Assembly: GCA_965209155.1 (NCBI GenBank)
Contig: OZ242383.1
Coordinates: 576,001 to 640,000, forward strand
Length of the DNA: 64,000 nucleotides
Direction: 5' to 3'
Source: a bacterium
GTDB lineage: Bacteria; SAR324; NAC60-12
Shown: positions 19,063-29,080 of the stretch, one piece after another
Position numbering within the stretch: the stretch's first letter is position 1
How the letters are laid out: every line of letters starts with the position of its first letter
The notes under the pieces: generated by a model
The model's input: the letters and a program-made list of their open reading frames with translations, nothing else
Database searches by the model: none
What the model was told of the DNA's origin: nothing
Translations under genes and position numbers: made by a program

Positions 19063-19103
19063 AGAAGCGGGTGTTGGGGATTAAAGCCTCGGCACCCGCT
19101 TCT
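19063..19103 (+). terminator. Intercistronic stem-loop (partial terminator or mRNA stabiliser) before the permease
   Basis: AGAAGCGGGTGTTGGGG pairs with CCTCGGCACCCGCTTCT. Confidence 0.5.
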
Positions 19104-19124
19104 AATTCTGAATGAGTAAGTGAG

Positions 19125-20081
19125 ATGAGAACCTACATCATCAGAAGATTGCTGTTAATCATTCCCACCTTGTTTGTTGTGTCGACCATAGTCTTTCTTT
19201 CCGTTCGCTTGATCCCCGGAGATGTCATCACCATGATGAGCGCACAGGCGGGAAGCGGCTTTGGCGTTGGAGTGAACCGTGAAGCCCTTGAGCGTGAGTT
19301 CGGGCTGGATGTGCCGTGGTATGTCCAATATGTTCGTTGGATGGCCGGGTTGTTTCGAGGGGACCTTGGGGAATCATTCAGGGGGCAATCTCCCGTTACC
19401 GATGAGATACTCCCTCGGTTGCCAGTGACCCTTGAGCTAGGGTTCTTTGCCATGCTTATCTCAGTAATCACAGCGCTGCCGGTAGGCATCTACTCGGCGA
19501 TTCGCCAGGATACCCTCGGTGATTACATGGGACGCGGCATAGCCATTGTCTTCATCTCAATCCCATTATTCTGGACAGCGACCATGGTCATGATTTATCC
19601 CGCGCTCTGGTGGGGGTGGGCCCCCCCGTTGGAACTCATCCCTTTCGAGAGAGACCCGCTGGGCCATCTGGGGATGTTTATCATTCCGGCCATCGTGATG
19701 GGGTTGTTCCTTTCGGGAACCACTATTCGAATGACGCGCACCATGATGCTGGAAGTCCTGCGGCAAGATTATATCCGGACGGCCTGGTCAAAAGGTCTCA
19801 CGGAGAGGGCGGTCGTTATCGGGCATGCCATGAAGAACTCCCTGATCCCGGTGGTCACCGCAATAGGGACTCTTATGCCTTACGTGATTGGAGGCGCGGT
19901 CATCGTTGAGCAGATATTCGCGCTACCCGGCATCGGCCAATTCATGCTGGAAGCCATTACCTATCGAGACTATCCCGTGGTCTCTGCCATTAACCTGATT
20001 ACGGCCACCTTAGTGGTGCTGATCAATCTCCTGGTCGACCTGACCTACGCCTACCTGGACCCCAGGATTCGATATCGCTAA
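19125..20081 (+). CDS. ABC permease, DppB/OppB-like
   Basis: QDYIRTAWSKGL, DYPVV and YAYLDPRIR motifs. Confidence 0.92.
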   Translation: MRTYIIRRLLLIIPTLFVVSTIVFLSVRLIPGDVITMMSAQAGSGFGVGVNREALEREFGLDVPWYVQYVRWMAGLFRGDLGESFRGQSPVTDEILPRLPVTLELGFFAMLISVITALPVGIYSAIRQDTLGDYMGRGIAIVFISIPLFWTATMVMIYPALWWGWAPPLELIPFERDPLGHLGMFIIPAIVMGLFLSGTTIRMTRTMMLEVLRQDYIRTAWSKGLTERAVVIGHAMKNSLIPVVTAIGTLMPYVIGGAVIVEQIFALPGIGQFMLEAITYRDYPVVSAINLITATLVVLINLLVDLTYAYLDPRIRYR

Positions 20082-20094
20082 GGAAACAGAAAAA

Positions 20095-20181
20095 CCCTCC
20101 CCACCGCTATGCGGTCCCCCCCTCCCGAGAGGCCGTACGCGGAAGCGGGAATTCCCCTCTCGGGAGGGGTTAGGGGTGGGT
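20095..20181. repeat. GC-rich palindromic repeat (CCCCTCCCGAGAGG..CCCCTCTCGGGAGGGGTTAGGGGTGGG)
   Basis: Inverted repeat flanked by direct repeats CTAAG(G)AAACAGAAAAA at 20078 and 20208. Confidence 0.65.
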
Positions 20182-20225
20182 CAACTAGAGAAAATTGACA
20201 GATACTACTAAGAAACAGAAAAATC

Positions 20226-21167
20226 ATGACTGAAGTAACAAATAGTGCGACTCCCTTGGCAGAGCAAAAGAGACGCTCCCGCTTGATAGACTTCTTCCGA
20301 AGGCTGGTCAGGGAAAAGCCACTGGGTACATTTGGCGGCATCATCGTGCTGCTGATGCTGCTCGTCGGCATCTTCGCCGACGTCCTGGCTCCCTACGGGA
20401 TGAACGAGACTCACCTGATAGACAGGCTGAGTCCAGCGTCAGGGAAATACCTGCTGGGGACCGACCAATTGGGGCGAGACATCCTCAGCCGAGTCATCTA
20501 CGGGGCCCGCGTTTCGGTTATCATTGGCCTGGCAGGAACCAGTCTCTGTGTGGCGGTGGCGATGTTAATCGGCATTACCGGATTCTTCGGCGGCAAGCTC
20601 GACCTGATCCTCCAGAGGTTGGTTGACGGCTGGATGGCCTTCCCGCCGCTGCTCATTCTCGTCACGGTGATGTCGCTGGCTGGACAAGGCATGCTTCAGA
20701 TCATCCTGGTCCTGGGGATCAGCTTTGGCATCAGTAATTCGAAGATAGCGCGCAGTGCCGTCATCGCCATCAAAGAGAGCATGTACATTCAGGCGGCAGA
20801 AGCGATTGGGGTGGGCACCGGCAGAACCATCCTCCGCCATGTGTTTCCCAACATCATGGCACCCCTGATCGTCATATTCACAGTGAATGTAGGCGGTATC
20901 ATCGTGACCGAAGCCGCCCTGAGCTTCCTCGGCTTCGGTCTGCCTCCGGATGCGGCCAGCTGGGGAGGGATGCTCAGTTGGGAAGGACGCCGATACATGG
21001 AGATGGCCCCGCGGATAGCCCTCTGGCCCGGGGTTACCCTGAGCGTCGTGGTCTGGGGCACCAACATGTTCGGCGATGCCTTAAGAGACCTGCTCGATCC
21101 CAGCCTGCGGGGCGGTGTGGGTCGCTTCGAAAGGCTCAAAAAGAAAAAGGTTAAAAAGAAAAACTGA
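20226..21167 (+). CDS. ABC permease, DppC/OppC-like
   Basis: LLGTDQLGRDILSR, EAALSFLGFG and GDALRDLLDP motifs. Confidence 0.92.
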   Translation: MTEVTNSATPLAEQKRRSRLIDFFRRLVREKPLGTFGGIIVLLMLLVGIFADVLAPYGMNETHLIDRLSPASGKYLLGTDQLGRDILSRVIYGARVSVIIGLAGTSLCVAVAMLIGITGFFGGKLDLILQRLVDGWMAFPPLLILVTVMSLAGQGMLQIILVLGISFGISNSKIARSAVIAIKESMYIQAAEAIGVGTGRTILRHVFPNIMAPLIVIFTVNVGGIIVTEAALSFLGFGLPPDAASWGGMLSWEGRRYMEMAPRIALWPGVTLSVVVWGTNMFGDALRDLLDPSLRGGVGRFERLKKKKVKKKN

Positions 21168-21174
21168 TAAACGC

Positions 21175-21228
21175 ATTAGAGGAGTTTCTATGACAGGGAC
21201 ACTGGAACAGCGCCCCTTCGGGCGTACA
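21175..21228 (+). repeat. Copy of the RBS and first 13 codons of the AKR gene (22579-22632)
   Basis: 53/54 identical. Confidence 0.9.
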
Positions 21229-21265
21229 AATGAGAGCTTTAATTATTTTAATTTGCAGGAGGAAT

Positions 21266-21577
21266 ATGGCTGTACTTTATATCAGTAAAATAAAAATTAA
21301 AAAAGATAAGAAGGATGAATTTGTGGATTTATTGAAGTCTCCAAAAGGATTTGCTCTCACAAAATCAAAACCTGGGCTTAATTCTTTGGAAAGTGGAGTT
21401 TCCACAGATGATTCTGGTCAAAGCACTGTCCACATATGGTGTAAATGGGAGAAAAGGGAAGATTTTGAAAATTACACGAAAGATCCTAACCGAGATCCTG
21501 AAAGTGAGTACAATAAGAAATTGGCAGGTATGACAGACGGGCCTCCAAAGATGGTTTGGCTTGAAATTATTGAGTAA
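21266..21577 (+). CDS. ABM (antibiotic biosynthesis monooxygenase)-like protein
   Basis: Dimeric alpha-beta barrel pattern (KWEKREDFENY); AGGAGG RBS; AT-rich. Confidence 0.7.
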   Translation: MAVLYISKIKIKKDKKDEFVDLLKSPKGFALTKSKPGLNSLESGVSTDDSGQSTVHIWCKWEKREDFENYTKDPNRDPESEYNKKLAGMTDGPPKMVWLEIIE

Positions 21578-21620
21578 GCGGTAAAGAGTATGAGTATTCA
21601 GAGTTTATAAAGGAGGAAAA

Positions 21621-22556
21621 ATGAACCTACCCACGTGGACCCGCGACGCCGGGACAATGAAACGAGATATCGACGAGCATGGATATTGTCTCGTCAAGGA
21701 AGCGCTGACACCGGAACAGCTTGCCGAAGCACGCGAGCGTCTCAGCGAGCAGGCCGAGGCCGAGCGCAAGGCCGGCGTCGCCTTCTTCTATGACGGCCGG
21801 ATCCCTGGTGACCTGGGAACATTTCCGGAACCCAAGACTGGCAACAGCCAACTTGTGGGTTTTCTCGCAAACAAGGGCCGCATCTTTCGCGAGATGGCTG
21901 CGCGGCCGGACATTCTGGACATTGTGCGCCATGTGCTCGGCGAGGAAATCCGTATCCAAAATCTCATAGCGCACATCACTCGCAGTGGCCGCCAGGCGCA
22001 GACGCTGCACCAGGACCAATGGTTCGTCCCATCGGCCGGCCGCTATGACGAGCCGATGCGGGCCGGATCGATCACACGCGCGAATCCTGGCCAGCCCGAG
22101 ACACCGGGAGCGACCCTGATGCCGTGCATCGTGTGCAACGTCTTTTGGATGCTGGACGACTTCACCAGCGAAAACGGTGCAACCTGGATCGTGCCCGGCA
22201 GCCACAAGCTCGGACGCCGACCGAACAAGGACGACATTAAGAACCAGATGCAGGTAACAGGCCCGGCCGGCAACTGCTTCATCTTCGACGGCCGGCTCAT
22301 TCATGGAGCCGGAGCCTACCTCTCTCAGGATCCAACTGGCGAGCGGACGGGCCTCACCTTCGCTTACCAACCGCCCATGTTCAGGCCCTTCGAGAACTAT
22401 CCGATGGCGTTGCTTCCTGAGGTGTATGAGGAAGCCTCCCAAGAGCTTCTCGATCTCCTGGGCTTCAAGGTCTGGTTCGGCATTGGCCACCGGGGCGACT
22501 TTCTCGCGGAGCGCATCTCGCCCGACACACCGATCATCGGGGAACTGAAGCCTTGA
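21621..22556 (+). CDS. Phytanoyl-CoA dioxygenase (PhyH) family protein
   Basis: LHQD, LDDFTSENGATWIVPGSH and DGRLIHG motifs. Confidence 0.88.
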   Translation: MNLPTWTRDAGTMKRDIDEHGYCLVKEALTPEQLAEARERLSEQAEAERKAGVAFFYDGRIPGDLGTFPEPKTGNSQLVGFLANKGRIFREMAARPDILDIVRHVLGEEIRIQNLIAHITRSGRQAQTLHQDQWFVPSAGRYDEPMRAGSITRANPGQPETPGATLMPCIVCNVFWMLDDFTSENGATWIVPGSHKLGRRPNKDDIKNQMQVTGPAGNCFIFDGRLIHGAGAYLSQDPTGERTGLTFAYQPPMFRPFENYPMALLPEVYEEASQELLDLLGFKVWFGIGHRGDFLAERISPDTPIIGELKP

Positions 22557-22593
22557 TCAAAACGATTTATCTCTTAAAATTAGAGGAGTTTCT

Positions 22594-23526
22594 ATGACAG
22601 AGACACTGGAACAGCGCCCCTTCGGGCGTACAGGGGAGATGGTCAGCCTCATCGGGCTGGGTGGCGCCGCGCTCCATAAGCACAGCTATCAGCACGGGCT
22701 GGCCACCGTCAAACATGCGCTGGATCTGGGGATCCGCTATTTTGATACCTCTCCTTGGTACGGCATCGCGGCTGATGAGAAGTGGATCAGCGAGGGTGAA
22801 TCGCAGCACATTATGGGTGAGGGGCTCGAGGGGACAAGCAAGCCGCATCTACTGGCCACGAAGATTAATGCCTGGCGGACCTACAATCATTCGGTAGAAG
22901 ATTGTCTCGCGCAGGTACGAGACAACCTCCGTGTGCTGCGTCGTGACCGGGTCGACGTGCTCTTAGGCCACGAAATGGGACATAGACGATTCTGGAAGCC
23001 GGACGCGAAAGAAGAGGAGCAGCTGGAGATCGAGGAGTCGCTCGACTACGAGAATGCGCCGGTGATGCAAGCCCTTCGTGAGGCCAAGGTGCAGGGGTTC
23101 TGCCGTTACCTGGGTCTCAGTGGCGGCCCGTCAGAGCTCCTGGCTCATGTGATGCAGCGGGTAAAACTCGACATGTGCCTGTCCGCCGGTGGGTATTCGC
23201 TGAGGGATCGTACTTCTCCGCGTGTGATGCTCCCGGTCATTCGTGAACAGGGCATGGCCTATGTGATTGGCGGCATTTTTTCTGTACTGGGCAAAGGTGT
23301 CTTCAACGGAGCACTCTTCAAGGATGCGCATCTCCTCGAGTTGGCCCGGACCACGGGTCTTTCGATTGCGGCGATGAGTGTGCGCTTTTTGATGGCCAAT
23401 CGGGAGATTACAACTATCCTGGTGGGCGCGTCCACACCCGAAGAGATTGAGGAGAGCGTCGTGGCCGCCCAGGCCGGCCCGCTCCCGCCTGATATTCAGC
23501 AAACCCTGGAAGCGCTCGCTCTTTAA
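22594..23526 (+). CDS. Aldo/keto reductase
   Basis: FGRTGEMVSLIGLGG, YFDTSPWY and LATK motifs. Confidence 0.85.
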   Translation: MTETLEQRPFGRTGEMVSLIGLGGAALHKHSYQHGLATVKHALDLGIRYFDTSPWYGIAADEKWISEGESQHIMGEGLEGTSKPHLLATKINAWRTYNHSVEDCLAQVRDNLRVLRRDRVDVLLGHEMGHRRFWKPDAKEEEQLEIEESLDYENAPVMQALREAKVQGFCRYLGLSGGPSELLAHVMQRVKLDMCLSAGGYSLRDRTSPRVMLPVIREQGMAYVIGGIFSVLGKGVFNGALFKDAHLLELARTTGLSIAAMSVRFLMANREITTILVGASTPEEIEESVVAAQAGPLPPDIQQTLEALAL

Positions 23527-23530
23527 AAAG

Positions 23531-23635
23531 AATGAAACGAGATATCGACGAGCATGGATATTGTCTCGTCAAGGAAGCGCTGACACCGGAACAGCTTGCC
23601 GAAGCACGCGAGCGTCTCAGCGAGAAGGCCGAGGC
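23531..23635 (+). repeat. Copy of the 5' part of the PhyH gene (21656-21760)
   Basis: 104/105 identical. Confidence 0.92.
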
Positions 23636-23674
23636 TTCGTAATTGGGAGTATCGCTTGTGGGAGGCATAGAATT

Positions 23675-24523
23675 TTAGCGGGGATCAGCATCTTTCTCTT
23701 GGAGGAGAGCACGTAACCGTTCAACTTCCGCAAGCGCTTTTTCTTCTCTTGCCAAGGCAATTTTTTCTCTTGCCAAGGCGTTTTCTTTCAGTTTTCGCTC
23801 TTTTTCTTTTTGCTGACGCTCTTGTTGGAAGCTTTTCAGGAGAAATGGTTGGTAGAGAGGATCCTCGATCAATGTTTCAAAGGCCACCTGTTTTTCTAAA
23901 TCCTCCAGACGAAAGGCGAAACGATCCAAAACCCGGGAATGAATCACTCCGGGCTCTTGATGCTTCATCCTCTCATAAACCCCTTGCTCATTGAGGAAAT
24001 AGAAGGCGGTGTGGTTGTGCAAACGGTCTAAAATATAATATTCCGCCACCCCTGCTTTGGCGTATTCTTCTTTTTTGTGTACCGTATCCCGTTCTACCTC
24101 TGCGGGAGTCGAGTCGGATAAAAACTCAATACAGAGGTCACACACCCCATGAAACGAACGATCCAACGGTTTGGCCTCGACTGGATTGGAGTGGAGAATC
24201 ACGGCCAGATCCGGTTTGCGAATGCTCACTTCGTTGTCTCCCAACTCCAAACGAAAACCCATTTCCAATATCATCATCCGTCCGATGGGAAAGACGGTCA
24301 AATACTCTTTTAATAAGTGGAAGAACCATTCATAGAGGGAGATGCTTAAAAAATCTGGCATAGGCTTTTCCTCCAAGAGTCCATTGTTCCATTCATATGA
24401 ACCATCCGGGTGTTCATAATACGTCTTCCAATACTCAGCTTCACTCACCCTGTGCGGCTCCTTGGCAGAAGGAGGCAACCGTGTTGGAGAAGAGTGATTT
24501 TTGACGGATTCTAAAGTAGTCAT
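23675..24523 (-). CDS. Uma2-family (PD-(D/E)xK-like) endonuclease with coiled-coil tail
   Basis: RKPDL, DLCIEFLS and KKEEYAKAGVAEYYILD motifs; ALARE heptad repeats. Confidence 0.85.
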   Translation of the reverse strand: MTTLESVKNHSSPTRLPPSAKEPHRVSEAEYWKTYYEHPDGSYEWNNGLLEEKPMPDFLSISLYEWFFHLLKEYLTVFPIGRMMILEMGFRLELGDNEVSIRKPDLAVILHSNPVEAKPLDRSFHGVCDLCIEFLSDSTPAEVERDTVHKKEEYAKAGVAEYYILDRLHNHTAFYFLNEQGVYERMKHQEPGVIHSRVLDRFAFRLEDLEKQVAFETLIEDPLYQPFLLKSFQQERQQKEKERKLKENALAREKIALAREEKALAEVERLRALLQEKDADPR

Positions 24524-24839
24524 GATGCAATCGATGGGAAGGAGAGGTGAAATTTGTCGTCTTTTCGAAAGAATAACACATTGTGTGGAGGACAGCAATT
24601 TCTATGTTGATCGACTTGTAACTATTCAGGTATCTTCAGAGAACCCATCGATTTAAGCACAGGTTTTGCGTGGCATTAGAGTCCGGAAAGGACTTTATGC
24701 TCTCGAAAGTTCAAAAATATATTGATTCCCTTTCATCGACTCCCCACCTCGAGGCTTTTCAAGAAGCCAGTCAACTCTTTGAAAAAGAACGAAAACCATG
24801 GAAGCAAGAGCGCTTAGAACGTAACATGAGTTCTTAACT

Positions 24840-26336
24840 TCAAACCAATTTGATTCGAGGTCGGAAAATTCCTTGGGGAGACGGTTCAAATTGCAGGATT
24901 CTATTGATGCAGGAGAGCGATTCGTCCAAGTGGTGCGTCACGTACAGGATATGAACTTCCGTATTTTTTGCTATGTAATCGACCAGGTCGAGTACCATTC
25001 TCCGGTTGGCATAATCCAGTCCCTGACACGGTTCGTCCAAAATAAGCAGCAAGGGAGATTTGACCATGGCCCGGGCAAGCAAAGCCATGCGCTGTTGTCC
25101 TTGGGAAAGTTGGTTGAATGGACTATCGGCTTTTTCTTCAAGGGAGAGAATGTGGATCCACTGAAGGGCAATCAAACGCTGTTCAGGGGAGTATCGCCGG
25201 TAGAGACCAATGGAATCGAAGAAACCGGAAAGGATGACATGCATCGTACTCAAATGACTGTAATAGCGAACCTGAAGTTCTGCGGAGACTTTTCCGATTT
25301 TCTTTTTGATATCCCAAATACTTTCACCCGTGCCCCTGCGCCTTCCAAAAAGGTATATTTTATTGGAATATGCCTGTAAATTTTCAGTGGAGATCAGACT
25401 CAACAACGTCGATTTCCCCGCTCCATTGGGACCCGCGATTGCCCAGTGCTCGCCTTTTTTCATAGTCCAGTTGAAGCCATTCAAGACCGTCACCGCTCCG
25501 TATTGAACCCTGACGTTTTCCATGGAAATCAGGACTTCGTCAGGCACTTGTTCGAGCATTTGCCGTGAATTGTTGAAATCCGGCACGAAGGTGTGGTTCA
25601 AATCATTTCCTTGGTAGAGGCGTTTGAGAAATCGCGTATTCAAAATGTCTTCCTTCTTCCCCTGCGCGAAAATCTTACAATCTTTCAGGCATAAAACATG
25701 AGTGACGTTCTCCGGAATTTCCTCCAGTCGATGGGTAATGAGGAGAATTTTCAAATCATGCTCCATCAAAAGGTTAATCGTTTCGGAGAACATTGTTCGG
25801 GACGATGCGTCCAACCCGTCAAAAGGCTCATCCAAAATGAGGAGTTTGGGGTTTTTGACCATTCCTCTCGCGATCATCATTTTGCGAATTTCGCCATGAG
25901 ACAAAGAGCGTACTCCCCGGTCCAGCAGACATTGTAGATGAAGTCGAGCAATAATTCGCTCCAATCCACGATGGTCCAATTCATCGGCTTTGACTGCCAT
26001 GATAATTTCCCGCATCGTGGTGACTTCATCCACCGTGCCTTTGTATGCCCTGGCTAAATCTTCCCGGTCTTCCCGCAACATCAGCTGCTGTTGAATGTTA
26101 AAAGAAACATAGGCTATGCCATTTTGGACATAAAGTGCCGGGTCCCGCCGCATGAGGCCGCAACAGACAGGCACTTGCCCGAGTAGCACCCGGCAGAGTA
26201 ATGATTTTCCGGAGCCGTTGGGACCAATAACCGCCCAGTTCTGATTCGGGTATACTTTCCACGTGGTGTCCGGCAATATCATTTGCCCCCGGATGATGGC
26301 CGTAATTTTATCCAAAGAGAAGATGGGTCGTTCCAT
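24840..26336 (-). CDS. modF: ModF-like double ABC ATPase
   Basis: Two GPNG.GKS Walker A motifs, LILDEP twice, RRRGTGESIWDIKK signature. Confidence 0.8.
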   Translation of the reverse strand: MERPIFSLDKITAIIRGQMILPDTTWKVYPNQNWAVIGPNGSGKSLLCRVLLGQVPVCCGLMRRDPALYVQNGIAYVSFNIQQQLMLREDREDLARAYKGTVDEVTTMREIIMAVKADELDHRGLERIIARLHLQCLLDRGVRSLSHGEIRKMMIARGMVKNPKLLILDEPFDGLDASSRTMFSETINLLMEHDLKILLITHRLEEIPENVTHVLCLKDCKIFAQGKKEDILNTRFLKRLYQGNDLNHTFVPDFNNSRQMLEQVPDEVLISMENVRVQYGAVTVLNGFNWTMKKGEHWAIAGPNGAGKSTLLSLISTENLQAYSNKIYLFGRRRGTGESIWDIKKKIGKVSAELQVRYYSHLSTMHVILSGFFDSIGLYRRYSPEQRLIALQWIHILSLEEKADSPFNQLSQGQQRMALLARAMVKSPLLLILDEPCQGLDYANRRMVLDLVDYIAKNTEVHILYVTHHLDESLSCINRILQFEPSPQGIFRPRIKLV

Positions 26337-26351
26337 AAGAGCAGGAAATCC

Positions 26352-27740
26352 TCAAATTGATGATCTCTCGATCCGGAGCTTACTTCGATGGCTGATATAG
26401 CAGAGTCGGCTGCATAACAGAACAGCTTGTACTCCCAACCCGATAATCAAGCCATACCATAATCCTTTTGCGCCATATTCCAAAACAAAGGCCAAAGCGT
26501 ATCCTGAACCCAGACCAATGACCCAGAATGAAAAGAAAATGATCATCATGGTCGTACGAGTGTCTCTCCATCCTCTCAAGACACCCACTGTCGTGGCTTG
26601 AATACCATCCGGAACCTGGAAAATCGCGCCCAGGAGCAGAAATTCCGTGGCAATCAACAACAAGGCTTGGTCGTTAGTGAACCATCCCGCAATTTGCCGA
26701 GAAAACAAAAAAAGAATGATGCTGCTAAGAAGCAACAGGGACCCTCCGAAGGCAATACTGAGCCAACCCACCAAACGCGCCCGGCTTGCATTCATATTTC
26801 CCAGCGCCATTCCCACCCGTGTTGTTGCTGCCAGACCCAAGCCGAGGGGGATCATGAAAGTGAAACCGAGATAGTTCAATGCAATCTGGTTGGCGGCCAA
26901 TGCCTTGAAGCCAAAACGGACCATCAAGAGTGAAAAAAAGACGAATACGGACACTTCGATAAAGAAGCTGATTCCAATCGGAGTGCCGATCCACAGGATC
27001 GGTTTGATCCCCTTCCATGAAACTTCTTTGAGACGTGAAAAGATCTGGTATTTTTGAAATTTCTTATTGAACAAGGAATAGATCAATAAACCGACGACCA
27101 TGGCCCAGTTGGACATGGAACTGGTCCAACCGGCGCCTACCGCCCCCAATTCGGGTGCGCCAAAATTTCCGAATATCAAGGTATAGTTGCCCACGATGTT
27201 CACCGCCAAGCCGATGAGGCAAAAATATAAGGTAAGACGGCTGATGGAAATTCCTTCATAAAATCCACGCAAGGAGGCAAACAAAAAAGCGGCCGGGAGT
27301 CCCCAGGAAAAAGCTTTCATGTATTCTTGAGCGATTTCAAAAACCTGGGGTTCAACTTGAAGAAATGTCATGAAGGAAAGCATGTTTCTGACAGTCACCC
27401 AGGCGAACAGACCATAAATCTGACCGACCCAAATGCCTTGTACCACTTGCAGTCCAATCTTGCCAGGCTCTGCATCTGCCCCGTGGAGACGGGCCACCAG
27501 CACTTGTAAGCCACCAATCAGACCGACGCCGACAACGACTATGGTGAACATGCTCTTTTCGCCAATAGCGACGGCTGCTAAATCGACTGCGCCGTAATGA
27601 CCTGTCATGATGGTGTCGACGAAACCCATCGACATTTGAATCATTTGCGCCAGGATAAGAGGTACGGCCAAGTTGAAAAGAAGTCGGAATTCGGTCCGGA
27701 TCGTAGTCCATTTCAAGGTAAAACTTTCAGATTTCAGCAC
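26352..27740 (-). CDS. MATE efflux transporter (NorM-like)
   Basis: MGFVDTIMTG, FGAPELGAVGAG, multiple TM segments. Confidence 0.88.
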   Translation of the reverse strand: MLKSESFTLKWTTIRTEFRLLFNLAVPLILAQMIQMSMGFVDTIMTGHYGAVDLAAVAIGEKSMFTIVVVGVGLIGGLQVLVARLHGADAEPGKIGLQVVQGIWVGQIYGLFAWVTVRNMLSFMTFLQVEPQVFEIAQEYMKAFSWGLPAAFLFASLRGFYEGISISRLTLYFCLIGLAVNIVGNYTLIFGNFGAPELGAVGAGWTSSMSNWAMVVGLLIYSLFNKKFQKYQIFSRLKEVSWKGIKPILWIGTPIGISFFIEVSVFVFFSLLMVRFGFKALAANQIALNYLGFTFMIPLGLGLAATTRVGMALGNMNASRARLVGWLSIAFGGSLLLLSSIILFLFSRQIAGWFTNDQALLLIATEFLLLGAIFQVPDGIQATTVGVLRGWRDTRTTMMIIFFSFWVIGLGSGYALAFVLEYGAKGLWYGLIIGLGVQAVLLCSRLCYISHRSKLRIERSSI

Positions 27741-27868
27741 GCCGGAAAAAATACTACTGGACGCGCTGGTGGAAGCAAGCGGTTCTTTGTGGAAACAGGG
27801 AACTCATCCAATTTCTGAAGAACTCAAAGCGTGGCTGCTACAGCATTTGTAAGCTGACAAACTCTCGG

Positions 27869-28982
27869 TTAAACTCGGGCATAAACTTTTTGTGAAAGAG
27901 CTGCTTTGATGAATTCATCAATCTGACCATTGAGCACGGCATTTGAGTTTCCCATTTCAAAATTCGTACGGTGGTCTTTGACCATCTGGTAGGGATGTAA
28001 GACATAGCTGCGAATCTGACTGCCCCATGCGATGTCTTGTTTCATGTTATGCAACTTGTCTTTTTCTTGATTCTGCACCTTTTGCTCATGTTCATAAAGT
28101 CGGGCTTTGAGGATTTTCAAAGCAATGGAGCGATTTTTATGTTGGGAACGCTCGTTCTGGCATTGTACGACAATCCCTGTCGGAAGGTGAGTGATGCGCA
28201 CGGCTGAATCCGTCGTATTGACGTGCTGTCCTCCCGCGCCGCTTGCTCGAAAAGTATCGATTTTGAGGTCTTCGGTTTTGATCTCAATCTCGATATTTTC
28301 TTCAATATCGGCATAAACAAAAACTGAAGCAAAGGACGTGTGTCGCCGTTTGTTGGCGTCAAATGGTGAGATTCTCACCAGACGATGGACGCCGCTTTCT
28401 GATTTTAAATGGCCATAGGCGTACTTCCCTGAAATCCCAAAGGTAACCGATTTGATACCGGCTTCTTCTCCCGGCAACAAGTCCATCAGCTCCACTTTAT
28501 AATTGTTCCGGTGGCACCAACGTCCATACATTTCGTAAAGCATCATGGCCCAATCAGCCGATTCGGTGCCACCGGCTCCAGGGTGAATCGTCATAATCGC
28601 ATCCCCTTCATCATGATCGCCGGAAAATAAATTGAGGATTTCCAGGCGTGTCAATTGGCCATCCAGATTTTGGATGTTAGCCAGGATCTCTTCCATGAAC
28701 TCCGGGTCTTCCGATTCCTGGTAGAGTTCATAAGCCGTAACCATCTCCTCTTGCAGGGTCAGCATGGTAATTCGTTCTTTGAGAATGTCGCCCAGTTGGG
28801 AAATTTTTTTCAGAACAAGTGTCTTTTCTTCTTGGGGCAGGGTCCAAAAATTGTCTCGAGAGGATTTTTTTTCGAGGATCTTCAATTCCTCTTCTTTGGC
28901 AGGGATTTCAAAGATACCTTTCTAAATTGCTCAGACGCTCGGCAATGTTTTCAATAGAAATGTTGATCTCTTCATTTGTCAT
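27869..28982 (-). CDS. prfB: Peptide chain release factor 2, with programmed +1 frameshift at 28913-28908
   Basis: SPF and GGQ motifs; upstream ORF MTNEEI..ERYL ends at CTT TGA preceded by AAAGG, and +1 joins the main frame. Confidence 0.95.
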
Positions 28983-29080
28983 AAATTGTTCCTGTTCCTG
29001 ACGTTATTCCCACTGTTGGGCACTGTCTTCGTTATAAACAAGCTTTTTTCAAAAACTCATTCGCTTTTGATTATTGATAT

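Noticed and set aside
21627..22490. 287-aa antisense ORF over PhyH (likewise 55552-56331 over the LLM gene)
   Set aside because: High-GC shadow ORFs.
21175..23635. Diversity-generating retroelement template/variable repeats
   Set aside because: Each pair differs at only one position, the copies are of gene 5' ends, and there is no reverse transcriptase in the window.
146..24000. Integron cassette array
   Set aside because: No tyrosine integrase and no repeated attC-like sites were found; the joints are gene-fragment duplications.
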